Assembly (NCBI GenBank): GCA_963702895.1
Contig: OY969767.1
Coordinates: 2,464,001 to 2,528,000 of the forward strand
Reading direction: 5' to 3'
From: an uncultured Elusimicrobia bacterium
GTDB taxonomy: Bacteria > Elusimicrobiota > Elusimicrobia > 2-01-FULL-59-12
Length of the DNA: 64,000 nt
Shown here one piece after another: positions 48,636 through 57,823 of the stretch. Under the pieces are notes generated by a model, which saw only the letters and a list, made by a program, of their open reading frames with translations, made no database searches and was not told where the DNA came from. The first letter of the stretch is position 1; each line of letters opens with the position of its first letter. Both the position numbers and the translations under genes were made by a program.

Positions 48636-49160
48636 TCAACGGATTCGTTTCAGCTCGGTCATGAACACCTCGCCGTTGATCACGAGGTTGAGGGACGTCT
48701 CGGTGGCTTCCCCGATCATGTCGTTCTGTTCCTGGATGAGCCGGCTCCAGCGGTCATACTCCCCGGGCGCAAACGACCAGATCTCGACGCGGCGAATCCC
48801 ATCACTTTCAAGTGACTCCGCCATCTGCTCCCCTTCACGGGGGAGAGCGGTGAGCATGACGATGCGGGCATTCCGGAAGCGTTTGGTCGCCTTGTCCAGC
48901 TTATGAACGGTGGTCTTGCCGCATTCGATCCAGAGGGTCACCTGGTTGGTGTCGTCGATGTGGATGAGATCAGGCGCAAAATCCTGTCCGGCGAGCGCGG
49001 AATGCTGCTGGGGGCTTGAGACCACGACCGGCTCGTAGGCGTGATAAAACAGGGAGGCCGCCAGCTTCAGCTCCAAATGTTCATCGGTCTCGGAAAGGAT
49101 CGGGAACAGCTGAAGCGCGAAGGACTTCTCGCCGAGGTGGACGGCAGATCGAATCTTCAT
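48636..49160 (-). CDS. YaeQ-family protein (PD-(D/E)xK-like fold)
   Basis: SETDEHL.LK, PDL, LWIECG..KL.KA. Confidence 0.72.
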   Translation of the reverse strand: MKIRSAVHLGEKSFALQLFPILSETDEHLELKLAASLFYHAYEPVVVSSPQQHSALAGQDFAPDLIHIDDTNQVTLWIECGKTTVHKLDKATKRFRNARIVMLTALPREGEQMAESLESDGIRRVEIWSFAPGEYDRWSRLIQEQNDMIGEATETSLNLVINGEVFMTELKRIR

Positions 49161-49393
49161 CGCCCCTGATGATAACAAACACCCAGGCGCGGGATCCCAC
49201 GGGGTGGCTAGCCCGAATTGTTCGGTTGCCCAGGATCTCCCTTTCCCGCGGAACGTGGGAGAAGGGACTCAAAAGTGCAGCCGGCTTAGACGGACAGAGC
49301 CGCTTTGCTGAAGATTTTGGGTTAATTAGTTAGGACCGTCCCTGATCCCCAGGCTCTCGCCCGACTGTTGTGTGTCGGGCGAACCCATCTCGC

Positions 49394-49510
49394 TGGCGGA
49401 GGGAACAGGATTCGGGCCGCTTTCATTATCAAGTTGTGGCGACCCTACCCCAAGGCCGGCAGGCCGGCTGGGGTGCGAACCTGCGGCACCCTTTCGGATA
49501 CGCCTGTTTT
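49394..49510 (-). pseudogene. tRNA-Ser 3' half (att scar) with a 63-nt hairpin insertion in the T-loop
   Basis: Removing 49415-49477 gives AAAACAGG-CGTATCCGAAAGGGTGC-C-GCAGG-TTCGAAT-CCTGT-TCCCTCC-GCCA. Confidence 0.82.
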
Positions 49511-50734
49511 TTATTGCCCATTCGTTGTTATCCCGTCCTCTTCACCCACATTGACACCCGCAAACCCAAAGGTGCGGTCGTGGTTGCGGAACCAGTCGAT
49601 CTCGCCAATGAGCTTGCGGATTTTAGGAACAGCTTTGGGATTTGATCGGCGGGCTGCCTTCAGGAGCTCACGGACCTTGGATTCCAGCACGTCTGCGGTC
49701 GCCGGGAGGTTTAACCGTGTCATGTTAAAAAAGTCGGCGCCGAAACGGCAGACCTTATGGCGCACCATGCCGTCCGGGTCTTGAAGACCTTCAAGAATGA
49801 AGTCGATGCATTCTTCAGAAAAATCGTCCAGAACAAAGCTGAACTGAAGTCCCGGCAAGGCGCATAAGGCCGCGCGCCTGTAGACGGGATCGGGATGCCG
49901 GAGCACTCCACGAACGCCATCCCAGTACGCCAGGAGGTCCTTGCTCGCCTGCCAGTTGGATTCAGGCGCCCGGCCCCACCGTTCGTCCACGCTCCGATGG
50001 CGGAGCTTTTCAAGCTCCTTCCGGGCGGCCTTGCGCTCGGGTTCATCGGAGGAGCAAATCCGCTCGACGAAGCGATCGAAGATACTTTTGCTTTCAGGCG
50101 TGACGCGCCTTTCAATGACGTTCTTGATTCTCCACGCTTTTTGGGACTCCGCTATGGATTGATCGCCATCGCCCGGAAGCGGCGTATGCATCAGGAGCAC
50201 CTGCAGGAGCGGGACCAGCTCATAGATCTTCATGTTGTCGCCCCGGGTGGGCCCTCCCATCAGAAGCATCGGGACGGCCGTGGGATGTTCGGCGCGGCGC
50301 AGAAGCTTCTGAACGGCCCGGCGTTGGAACCAGGGGACCGCAAGCTCGGCGGCTTTGCGGTCATACTCTTCGAAAGCGGCACGGGCAAGAGGCGCTGATG
50401 TCAAAGGAATGTCCTCGTCTGGGCAGGCGGCGATGATCGCCTCCACGAGCTTCGGCCATTGCCGGCTCAATGCGTCCAATGCCCGCGCCAGGCCGGGCGC
50501 GATCTCACGATACTCCCGGGCAGGCAGGGTCTGTCCAGATCCCGATAAACGCTTAACCAGAGCCTCAAGCTCCAGGACTCGGCCTATAAATTCGTCTGCC
50601 AACGGATGCCAGCCCTCGCCGGGCTTACGGCCGAACTGATCGAGACCTTTGACCAGTTCCTGATAATCGGCCAGGGTCTTTTTCCCCACCCGCTTCATCT
50701 CCGCCAAAGACGGCTTTTCGCTCAAAGTTTCCAT
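49511..50734 (-). CDS. Hypothetical helical protein with C-terminal HEAT-like repeats
   Basis: Long ORF; LRHPDPVYRR and LQDPDGMVR patterns. Confidence 0.6.
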   Translation of the reverse strand: METLSEKPSLAEMKRVGKKTLADYQELVKGLDQFGRKPGEGWHPLADEFIGRVLELEALVKRLSGSGQTLPAREYREIAPGLARALDALSRQWPKLVEAIIAACPDEDIPLTSAPLARAAFEEYDRKAAELAVPWFQRRAVQKLLRRAEHPTAVPMLLMGGPTRGDNMKIYELVPLLQVLLMHTPLPGDGDQSIAESQKAWRIKNVIERRVTPESKSIFDRFVERICSSDEPERKAARKELEKLRHRSVDERWGRAPESNWQASKDLLAYWDGVRGVLRHPDPVYRRAALCALPGLQFSFVLDDFSEECIDFILEGLQDPDGMVRHKVCRFGADFFNMTRLNLPATADVLESKVRELLKAARRSNPKAVPKIRKLIGEIDWFRNHDRTFGFAGVNVGEEDGITTNGQ

Positions 50735-50741
50735 GGTGTTC

Positions 50742-51137
50742 TCACGCCGGGCGCCCCCGTGCTTTGTCATTGAGCGAGCGGAGGTGCTCGTGGAAAGCTT
50801 CATCGGATTGTTTCTTAGCTTCCTCATATTGGATCAGCCGCCGCAGCACCGCGCGGCGCTGGCGGGTGGTCATTCGTTTCTCCGCGCGGGAAAGACTCCC
50901 ATAGAGCCAAAGAAAAGGGTCCCGATAGCTCTCACGCCCTTGCCGTATCATCGCCAACCCATGGTCCGGACGGTCGTCCCCCGCCATGGCGTCTGAAACA
51001 TGGTGACAAAAGAGCGCCAGGGTAGAGAGGAAGGCTTTCGGCACTCGAATGCGCACGGAATCCCGTGATACCTTTAGGGCAACTCTGCTGAAGCGGTCGT
51101 TCGCTCTGCGAAAGGCTTGCCGTGTACGCGTCTTCAT
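50742..51137 (-). CDS. Hypothetical protein
   Basis: Start overlaps the Fic stop (ATGA). Confidence 0.5.
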   Translation of the reverse strand: MKTRTRQAFRRANDRFSRVALKVSRDSVRIRVPKAFLSTLALFCHHVSDAMAGDDRPDHGLAMIRQGRESYRDPFLWLYGSLSRAEKRMTTRQRRAVLRRLIQYEEAKKQSDEAFHEHLRSLNDKARGRPA

Positions 51138-52318
51138 GCCGGGCGCTCTGTCCCTTCGTTGAGGATTTTTAGATAGGGCTCATAGGCAAAGACGCGGTAG
51201 GTCTGCTTGCCGGTCAGTTCGCGCACGAGCCCAAGTTTCTCCAAATTGGCCATCGCTTTGTTGATGGCCGGATAGGACATCTTAAGCTCGCGCTGCGCCA
51301 CGACAGGCGCCACCAGGACCCGGCGCTGGAGTAGAGTATGGACGCGCTCGGCGGACAAACCGACCCGGCCTAAGGTTCGAATCTTGGTTTGATGCTCCTG
51401 AAACATCGCTGCGAGTCTTCGAGCGGTCTCGCTCGCTTGGTTTCCCACTTCTTCGATGCCCTTCAAGTAAAAAGCCAGCCATGCTTCCCAGCCGCCCTCG
51501 GTGCGAATTCCTTGCAGTGCGTCGTAGTATTCGGTCCGATGCGCCTTGAAGTAGAGACTCAGATAGAGCAACGGCGTGGATATGACGCCATCGGCCAGGA
51601 GGATCAAGGTGATCAACAAACGCCCCAAGCGCCCATTGCCGTCCAGGAATGGATGGATCGTCTCGAACTGCGGATGGGCCAGACCGGCCTTGATCACAGG
51701 TGAGGTCCTCACCGGATCGTCATGCAGAAATTTCTCCAGAGCAGACATCGCTGGGATCACTTCATGGGGAGGCGGCGGGACATAGCGGGCGTTGCCGGGC
51801 CGTGAGCCGCCAATCCAATTTTGAGAGCGGCGAAATTCGCCGGGTTCTTTATCGCTCCCTCGACCGCCCTTGAGCAGCACGTTGTGCATCTCGCGGAGAA
51901 GCCTCAAACTTAATGGGAACCCTTCCTGGATTCGCCGGATGCCGTACAGAAGAGCCGCCACGTAATTGGAGACTTCCTGAACGTCATTCACGGGCACGCC
52001 AGGGGCCGCTTCGTTTTCGAACAGCAGCAGCTCGGAGAGCGAAGATTGCGTCCCTTCTATCTGCGAAGAGAGGACCGCTTCTTTGCGGATATAGGAATAG
52101 AGGAAAAGATTGGGGTCAGGCAGGAGCGCCGTGACTCCGTCCAAGCGGCCAAGCGCCCGATTGGCCCGTTCGAGAAGATCCTGAAGCTCAGCGTCAAAAA
52201 TAATCGGGGGATGGGGCGGCAGGGGTGCGGGGATGAATACGCGATAGGATTCCTCCGGCATTGAAACCAGCTGCCAGTGGCCCGCCCGAAGATTTTCCGT
52301 CTTCTCTAATTCACTCAT
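51134..52318 (-). CDS. Fic-family protein
   Basis: HPFLDGNGRLGR catalytic motif; N-terminal SSQIEG inhibitory motif; C-terminal wHTH-like region. Confidence 0.93.
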   Translation of the reverse strand: MSELEKTENLRAGHWQLVSMPEESYRVFIPAPLPPHPPIIFDAELQDLLERANRALGRLDGVTALLPDPNLFLYSYIRKEAVLSSQIEGTQSSLSELLLFENEAAPGVPVNDVQEVSNYVAALLYGIRRIQEGFPLSLRLLREMHNVLLKGGRGSDKEPGEFRRSQNWIGGSRPGNARYVPPPPHEVIPAMSALEKFLHDDPVRTSPVIKAGLAHPQFETIHPFLDGNGRLGRLLITLILLADGVISTPLLYLSLYFKAHRTEYYDALQGIRTEGGWEAWLAFYLKGIEEVGNQASETARRLAAMFQEHQTKIRTLGRVGLSAERVHTLLQRRVLVAPVVAQRELKMSYPAINKAMANLEKLGLVRELTGKQTYRVFAYEPYLKILNEGTERPA

Positions 52319-52327
52319 ATATTTCTC

Positions 52328-52355
52328 ATTAAGCGATACGGCTGTACCGCTTAAT
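52328..52355. promoter_or_regulatory. Inverted repeat upstream of Fic (possible operator)
   Basis: attaagcg-atacggctgtac-cgcttaat in an AT-rich region. Confidence 0.45.
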
Positions 52356-52573
52356 TATACATGAACTTATGAAATTCAGCTTAACTAAACATAATCGTAT
52401 CTATAAATAGAATTGGTTATCTATTCGTTAATTCTAGATTGACTCGAATCAACACCTCCGACCGCCTTCCTTCTTCAAATTTTCTAGGAACGAGGTATGA
52501 CGTGCCAGGGCTTGAAAGCCCTGAAGCATGCAGAAGATGTATGGTTGCCTGCCGATCAATCAGGAAATCAAAA

Positions 52574-52768
52574 TGGAGGGAGAGGTCCGCCGCACTCCCG
52601 GCGGATCCGCCGGACGTCTGGCGGAGATTCGTCCGCCACTGAGTCGCTGGCGGACCCGCCTACGTCTTAGTGGCGGGGAACCTTCGGTACGCCCTCCACT
52701 CACCTGGCGGGCGTCCGCCTGTAGTGTGGCGGACGGTTTCCCGCACAATGCTTTTCAAGAGCATCGCC
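52574..52768 (-). pseudogene. tRNA-Ser(TGA) 3' fragment interrupted by six hairpin units at three sites
   Basis: Removing the inserts gives ATGCT-CTTGAAA-AGCAT-TGTGCGGGAAACCGTAC-C-GAAGG-TTCGAAT-CCCTC-TCCCTCC-A. Confidence 0.85.
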
Positions 52769-52793
52769 TCGTGGCGCTTGTGTAGGTCGTGAG

Positions 52794-52852
52794 CGGAGGG
52801 AGAGGGATTCGAACCCCCGGTACAGTTTCCTGTACACCTGTTTTCAAGACAG
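52794..52852 (-). tRNA. tRNA-Ser(TGA) 3' portion only (att site of adjacent element)
   Basis: CTGT-CTTGAAA-ACAGG, long variable arm, GGGGG-TTCGAAT-CCCTC, TCCCTCCG; D-arm and 5' acceptor strand absent. Confidence 0.85.
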
Positions 52853-52957
52853 CTCACCCTCTGTTTCGACGGTTGCTTGATTCAGTTTGATTTATGGAAG
52901 AGAAACGCTGATTGGATTCGTCCCATTTCCATCTCCATTTACAGCCCGATTTACAAC

Positions 52958-54013
52958 TTATGCGATTACGGGTGGCTTTGGCAAGGTCAAAACCCCTTCG
53001 ATGTTGTGAATTTCATCGGTCAGGTCCTTCCTATCCAAGTGCCCGTAATGTTGCTCCGTGACGACCGAAGTGGAATGCCCCAATATCTTTGAAACCTTAT
53101 ATATCGGGGTACCCCCGCTCAGCATCCGTTGCGCGAATGTGTGACGCAGACAATGGAAAGTGAAATCCATCACTTGCGCATCCTTACAACAGTCCTTAAA
53201 CCATTCGCTAACTGTAGTGCAGTGAACGGCATCCAGCAAACGCGTCTCTGGATCTCGGCCAATGGCACGCTGAGACACGACTTCCGCCACTTCTCGCGTG
53301 AGTGGCACATGACGACTGCGCTGAGTCTTCGAATTCGGAACGAAGATGTAGGGCTCCGGGTAAGGGATGAAATCTCTGACCCTTGTCGCCCATATTTCCC
53401 CGATCCGCATTCCGGTATGAATCGCGATGACGTAGTAAGGCCAGAGCCGTGTATGCTTTGCCACGATCGGCGTTAGCCTTTTTTCCTCATCAGGTGATAG
53501 ATACCGGACTCGCGCTTTCGGAACTTTGGCCATCGGGACACCCCAAGCGGGATTGTCTCCGAAATACATCCGGCGTTTCTTGACCCAATTGATAATCGCC
53601 TTTAATCCGGCGTGATACCGGTTCACGCTGTTCAGCGAAATGTGGGGGCTCGAAATGCCGGGGATTGTCTTTTCGACAAACCTACGGAAACCCTCCACAT
53701 CTTTTGGGCCTATGTCTCGTATGCGCCGATTGCCGAAGTAACGCTTTATCCCCTTGATGTATGCCCTATCTCCCTTCCAAGTCCTCTTAAAGGGCCGGGC
53801 GTATTCATCAAAGAACTCGTCACAGGCATCACTCAACTTCAAGTTATCGTTGCCCAATTGGCCTGTCGCCATGCGCTTGAGCATTTCTGACTTCTTGTGT
53901 GTCTCCGCTTTTGCGGCATTACCGCGCGTCTTGTAGCCTTGCTTCCATTTCGTCTGTTTGCCGACTTGGAAGCGGTAACACCATTCTCCGCTTGGCAGTT
54001 GTCTGACCGACAT
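52958..54013 (-). CDS. Tyrosine recombinase/integrase
   Basis: TGMRIGE, K, HCLRH, LGH, HY catalytic set. Confidence 0.94.
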   Translation of the reverse strand: MSVRQLPSGEWCYRFQVGKQTKWKQGYKTRGNAAKAETHKKSEMLKRMATGQLGNDNLKLSDACDEFFDEYARPFKRTWKGDRAYIKGIKRYFGNRRIRDIGPKDVEGFRRFVEKTIPGISSPHISLNSVNRYHAGLKAIINWVKKRRMYFGDNPAWGVPMAKVPKARVRYLSPDEEKRLTPIVAKHTRLWPYYVIAIHTGMRIGEIWATRVRDFIPYPEPYIFVPNSKTQRSRHVPLTREVAEVVSQRAIGRDPETRLLDAVHCTTVSEWFKDCCKDAQVMDFTFHCLRHTFAQRMLSGGTPIYKVSKILGHSTSVVTEQHYGHLDRKDLTDEIHNIEGVLTLPKPPVIA

Positions 54014-54051
54014 TTAAGCCTCCTGTCGGCCAAACCTACCGCACGGGTACA

Positions 54052-54261
54052 TTATAGATCCCATTTGAGATTGTGTGGGTTGTTGGCCGCGAGCCATTTC
54101 TCAATATCAATTCGACGAAAAATGACCCTTCTACCGACATGAATGAACGGAATTCGCGCATTACTGGTCATTTTTCGGATCGTTGACTTCTTAATCCGAA
54201 GCAATTCAGCCAACTCCGTAACGTTCAAGAAATCTCGCGGACTCTCAATCGGTGTCGTCAT
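54052..54261 (-). CDS. Excisionase-like HTH protein
   Basis: FLNVTELAELL..KSTI..IPF..GRRV.F. Confidence 0.85.
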   Translation of the reverse strand: MTTPIESPRDFLNVTELAELLRIKKSTIRKMTSNARIPFIHVGRRVIFRRIDIEKWLAANNPHNLKWDL

Positions 54262-54297
54262 AAGATTATTTTTCAAAAACAAACCCAATCGAAGCCC

Positions 54298-54963
54298 TTA
54301 TTCATCGCTTGGCTCCGAGCCGTGTGTCTCATCCGCAGAATCAGGAGACCGAGCATACTCCGGCCCTTTTCTTCTGGCCTGTAACCGTTCCAGTTCATGG
54401 ATGCACCTGAGGAGCTTCCGTTCGATGCTCGTTTCATACTGGGATAGCAGTTGAAGGCTCTCCTGCACTGTCTGGAATGAAAGACCGGGCACAACATCTG
54501 CTCCCCCAGTCATTCGGCTGAGGCGGTCGATCTGTTTCTGAGCACGCGCCTTTCCCTCTGGGTCAAGAATCTGCTCGAATGGCTCACATAATTTATCCTC
54601 CATGGGGTTCACTATTGCGACATATCGCTTCGCTTTTTCCCGTGCCTCTACCAGCCATTGCGTCAAAAGGCCTCTCATCAAAAGTCCATGTTCCGCATTT
54701 TCTGACCGTCGGAGCCTCCACATCAAACTCGCGACTCTATCAGTCATGAATTGTTCCATGGAACCCTCCGGCTTGTATAAATGATGGACCCCTTCGCTCA
54801 GTTGTTCACATTCTTGGGGATCTTCGTTCGGCAGGACTGCACGTTCCGATGTAAGGCCGTGCTTCAAGGCATTCCTCGCGATAATTGCTTTGCCCGCCAG
54901 ACTTTTTACACCTCCTGCTTTCGCATTGATCCGATTGGCTTGATTTTGCTTTTCAGTGGCCAT
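54298..54963 (-). CDS. Hypothetical protein (ANRxNA / NALKHGL type)
   Basis: MATEKQNQANRINA, NALKHGL, WRLRR, YETSIER motifs. Confidence 0.72.
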   Translation of the reverse strand: MATEKQNQANRINAKAGGVKSLAGKAIIARNALKHGLTSERAVLPNEDPQECEQLSEGVHHLYKPEGSMEQFMTDRVASLMWRLRRSENAEHGLLMRGLLTQWLVEAREKAKRYVAIVNPMEDKLCEPFEQILDPEGKARAQKQIDRLSRMTGGADVVPGLSFQTVQESLQLLSQYETSIERKLLRCIHELERLQARRKGPEYARSPDSADETHGSEPSDE

Positions 54964-57445
54964 ACTGACCCCCCCTTTGGACTTCAAATAGTGAAGGCTG
55001 TGAACTTGGTGAACCATTTTCGACGTGCTCAGGATTAGGGATGTCCGTTTCTCGGGGTCCATTAAGTACAACATCGGGCTGGCCGAGGTTCACAGGGTTC
55101 ACAGGTTCACTGAGTGAAATGAGTTTCCACTGCTTTGCCCGTTGCTTTGATCCGGCCAGTAGCACACGGAATTCATCGAATTGCCGGTCACGGAGTTTCA
55201 TGAGTTCTTGACCCATCTTGGTTCGACGGCTTTTCTCCTGACCCAGTCCAAGGTTTATGGGTTCTTCCAACTTCTCGTTCAGATCAAAGAGTTCCGCCAC
55301 CCCTACCTCAGCGTCGCCATGGACTTCCCACCACCTCTGTATAAATCCCCGTAAGATGTTGCCTTCCTCATCAGATGCGCCGTAGAAGTCGTTGAGATTG
55401 CCAAGGAATCCGGGCACACCGGCAACCGATAGGACTCCACCCATGGTCTTTGACCAAGATTCGAACATTCCCAGACTTACACCCTTGAAAGGAGGCCTTC
55501 CTTGAGCGATCCACCCCTGAATGATGGTCAGAGCGGCCCAGATAATCTGCGGACGCTTTTCTCTTGCCCAGCACATAAGGTCTGGATGTCGAAATCTGTC
55601 GCGCAACCATGGGCGGTCAGCTTTGGCATCCATTCTTATTCTGATCGAGCGGCGGGACATTTCGTTGGATAAAGCTGGATTATTTCCATTGGCAACCCAA
55701 GCGCATCTCACTGGCAAGGAGATGACTTTTGAGAACCCTAGAATCCGATCCTCCCAACAAGGCGAAGTGATGGCTGACGCGAGTGCGGACGAGTCCAGCC
55801 GTCTTCTGATGTTGTCGATGAGCAGGATGTCGGGTCTTTCCATGAGTTTTGACGTGAGTCTTTTTCGCCATTCGTCAGAATCCCTCCCCTCACTCATAGT
55901 CGATACGGGCCGACCCAGAGAAGCAAACGCCACAGCGTTGATCAGAAGCGTTTTCCCAGTTCCGGGCGATGGGGCTTCTACGAGGTGAAGCGGTGTCGCT
56001 CCATTAATCAGATCCCTCGCAAATGGAAGCAACAAAAGCGCAAACGCATGGGCACGCTCCGCCTCTCCTGTAAACGGGAACTCCCCGATCAGTTCATCTA
56101 GGATCAGGCCGCGAGCTCCTTGCAGTTCGTCATGGCTCGGTACTGCGGCGACCTCAGGAATCTCTCTGGGATCAGAATGAAAAAGGTATGTCTGGCTTGC
56201 TGGGTGGTAGCCAGATGATGTTTGCAATAGCCCTTCCGGAGAAAATACCGGAGCTTCCACGATGCGGGTCAATATTGGCAGGGGTAATTCGGGAGATGCC
56301 AGCATGTCTTTGACAACATGCATCGGAGGTAGCACGGGATAGACTTCTCCTTGGTAAACGCGATACCAATCCGCAGAGCGAGCCAAAACATGCCGCATCT
56401 TGTCCTGAACCAATTCCCTCAAACGCGGGTATCCCTTATCGTCTTTTTCGATTCGAACCGGCAGACCTCCTGAGCGGAACAGTGTGGGGGGCCGATTGAA
56501 TTGCTCAACCGCTTCCCATGCCAAAGGCGTAATTCTCTTGAGTTCAAAGTCTCCTGCATCGATGTGCGGAAGTGAATCAGCGCTCTTGCCGATCTCATGA
56601 GAGACTATAGGCAACATTAAGGCCTCTGCTGAATCTCGCGCCGCAGAAAAGCGGCTTGAGAACTCATTGGGATATTTAAGATGCAGGTCGCTGAGGTCCT
56701 TGGCATCACTCAGCTTGATTAGTTTGAGGATTCCATGCCATTCAAGGTTCTGCACACGGGAGGAAATCCCATCGGCAAATACCTCGCCGCCTCTATCGGG
56801 CTCTTGGATCACACAGAGTTCCTCGAACGCCCGGATATGTTCAGCGTTAAGCTTTTTGGCCATATCGGCACCCGGAAGTCCCAGCACGGGCAATTGATGA
56901 AACCAACCCGTTAAGACATCGGTCTCGCCTTCTACGAGCACCAGATACTTCTCAGATGCAAATTCTTGCAACCTCCACAGCCCGTATGGAACCGATGACC
57001 CTGACCCACTCGACCACCTACTCCCTTCCTTGGCAACTAAGGAAGTCCGAATCCTCTGGCGGGAGGCTTTACTGCCGTCCATCAATCGATAGGTTATTCT
57101 TGCGCCCTTGAATGGAATATCCTCCACGCCGTGTTGTCTAAGAAACTGCGAAGGCAGGTGCTTGTGCTGGGCAATCGCCTCTACAGTTACCAGCACCCGG
57201 TGCTTCGGTTCTGTGGTAGGGACTTGGGCAAAGAGCGTTTCTAACGGAAGTCTTAACGCTTTGCGAATGTTCTCAAAGGGGCACCCCGCAAAGCATTTGA
57301 AAAGGATTTTCCCATCGTTCCCAATCCCGACTGATAGGCTCTGTTGTCGGTCCTCGTGCGACGGACAAAGTGCAGTCCACTGGGATTCTCCGTTCTTTTT
57401 GACACCTTTGAGGCGAGACAACACAAGTTCGACACTCATTGCCAT
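54953..57445 (-). CDS. Primase-like replication protein (Zn-binding + Toprim + P-loop ATPase)
   Basis: CPSHED..CFAGC, VEGETD, EPDRGG, GTGKT Walker A, LLIDN. Confidence 0.85.
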   Translation of the reverse strand: MAMSVELVLSRLKGVKKNGESQWTALCPSHEDRQQSLSVGIGNDGKILFKCFAGCPFENIRKALRLPLETLFAQVPTTEPKHRVLVTVEAIAQHKHLPSQFLRQHGVEDIPFKGARITYRLMDGSKASRQRIRTSLVAKEGSRWSSGSGSSVPYGLWRLQEFASEKYLVLVEGETDVLTGWFHQLPVLGLPGADMAKKLNAEHIRAFEELCVIQEPDRGGEVFADGISSRVQNLEWHGILKLIKLSDAKDLSDLHLKYPNEFSSRFSAARDSAEALMLPIVSHEIGKSADSLPHIDAGDFELKRITPLAWEAVEQFNRPPTLFRSGGLPVRIEKDDKGYPRLRELVQDKMRHVLARSADWYRVYQGEVYPVLPPMHVVKDMLASPELPLPILTRIVEAPVFSPEGLLQTSSGYHPASQTYLFHSDPREIPEVAAVPSHDELQGARGLILDELIGEFPFTGEAERAHAFALLLLPFARDLINGATPLHLVEAPSPGTGKTLLINAVAFASLGRPVSTMSEGRDSDEWRKRLTSKLMERPDILLIDNIRRRLDSSALASAITSPCWEDRILGFSKVISLPVRCAWVANGNNPALSNEMSRRSIRIRMDAKADRPWLRDRFRHPDLMCWAREKRPQIIWAALTIIQGWIAQGRPPFKGVSLGMFESWSKTMGGVLSVAGVPGFLGNLNDFYGASDEEGNILRGFIQRWWEVHGDAEVGVAELFDLNEKLEEPINLGLGQEKSRRTKMGQELMKLRDRQFDEFRVLLAGSKQRAKQWKLISLSEPVNPVNLGQPDVVLNGPRETDIPNPEHVENGSPSSQPSLFEVQRGGQYGH

Positions 57446-57466
57446 ACCTCTTGAAGGTAATGTCGA

Positions 57467-57733
57467 TTATTTCGATGCCAAGGGGCTATTTCCATATCCA
57501 TCGCTCCTATGAATGAGATCTTTGATTCGTCTTTGTGAGTCAGAGAAATCGCGAATGTTGCCCACAAGGTCGCCGCGCAGGAAGGCCTCAATCAGACTTG
57601 CGGCTTGGTCAGATGACTTAAATTGGAAATGACATACGCCGCGATCCCGCAGAACGGTAATCAGCGGAATGCGAAACGCGAGAAGAAGCGCGGCTTCGTT
57701 AAAATCTTTCGTGGAGAAGGGTTGCATGTTCAT
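57467..57733 (-). CDS. DUF5659-like small protein
   Basis: FSTKDFNEAA.L..F.F pattern; directly upstream of the primase. Confidence 0.6.
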   Translation of the reverse strand: MNMQPFSTKDFNEAALLLAFRIPLITVLRDRGVCHFQFKSSDQAASLIEAFLRGDLVGNIRDFSDSQRRIKDLIHRSDGYGNSPLASK

Positions 57734-57782
57734 TCCATGTGATGCTTTGCATGGAATTATTATGCGGAATGCAAATTACCCG

Positions 57783-57802
57783 AAAGGGCGTATACGCCCT
57801 TT
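57783..57802. promoter_or_regulatory. Perfect 20-bp palindrome upstream of the replication module
   Basis: aaagggcgtatacgcccttt. Confidence 0.55.
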
Positions 57803-57823
57803 ATGCGATGGAAATTAGGTAAT

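Noticed and set aside
52506..52523. Fourth tRNA-Ser anticodon arm (cagggcttgaaagccctg)
   Set aside because: It is on the opposite strand to the att fragments, has no flanking tRNA elements, and is treated as a simple hairpin.
52574..52768. CRISPR array (conserved arms with variable cores)
   Set aside because: Variable parts are only 8-11 nt, the units are hairpins inside a tRNA fragment, spacing is irregular and no cas genes are present.
52794..52885. Intact tRNA-Ser gene
   Set aside because: No D-arm or 5' acceptor strand complementary to TCCCTCC upstream of the anticodon arm.
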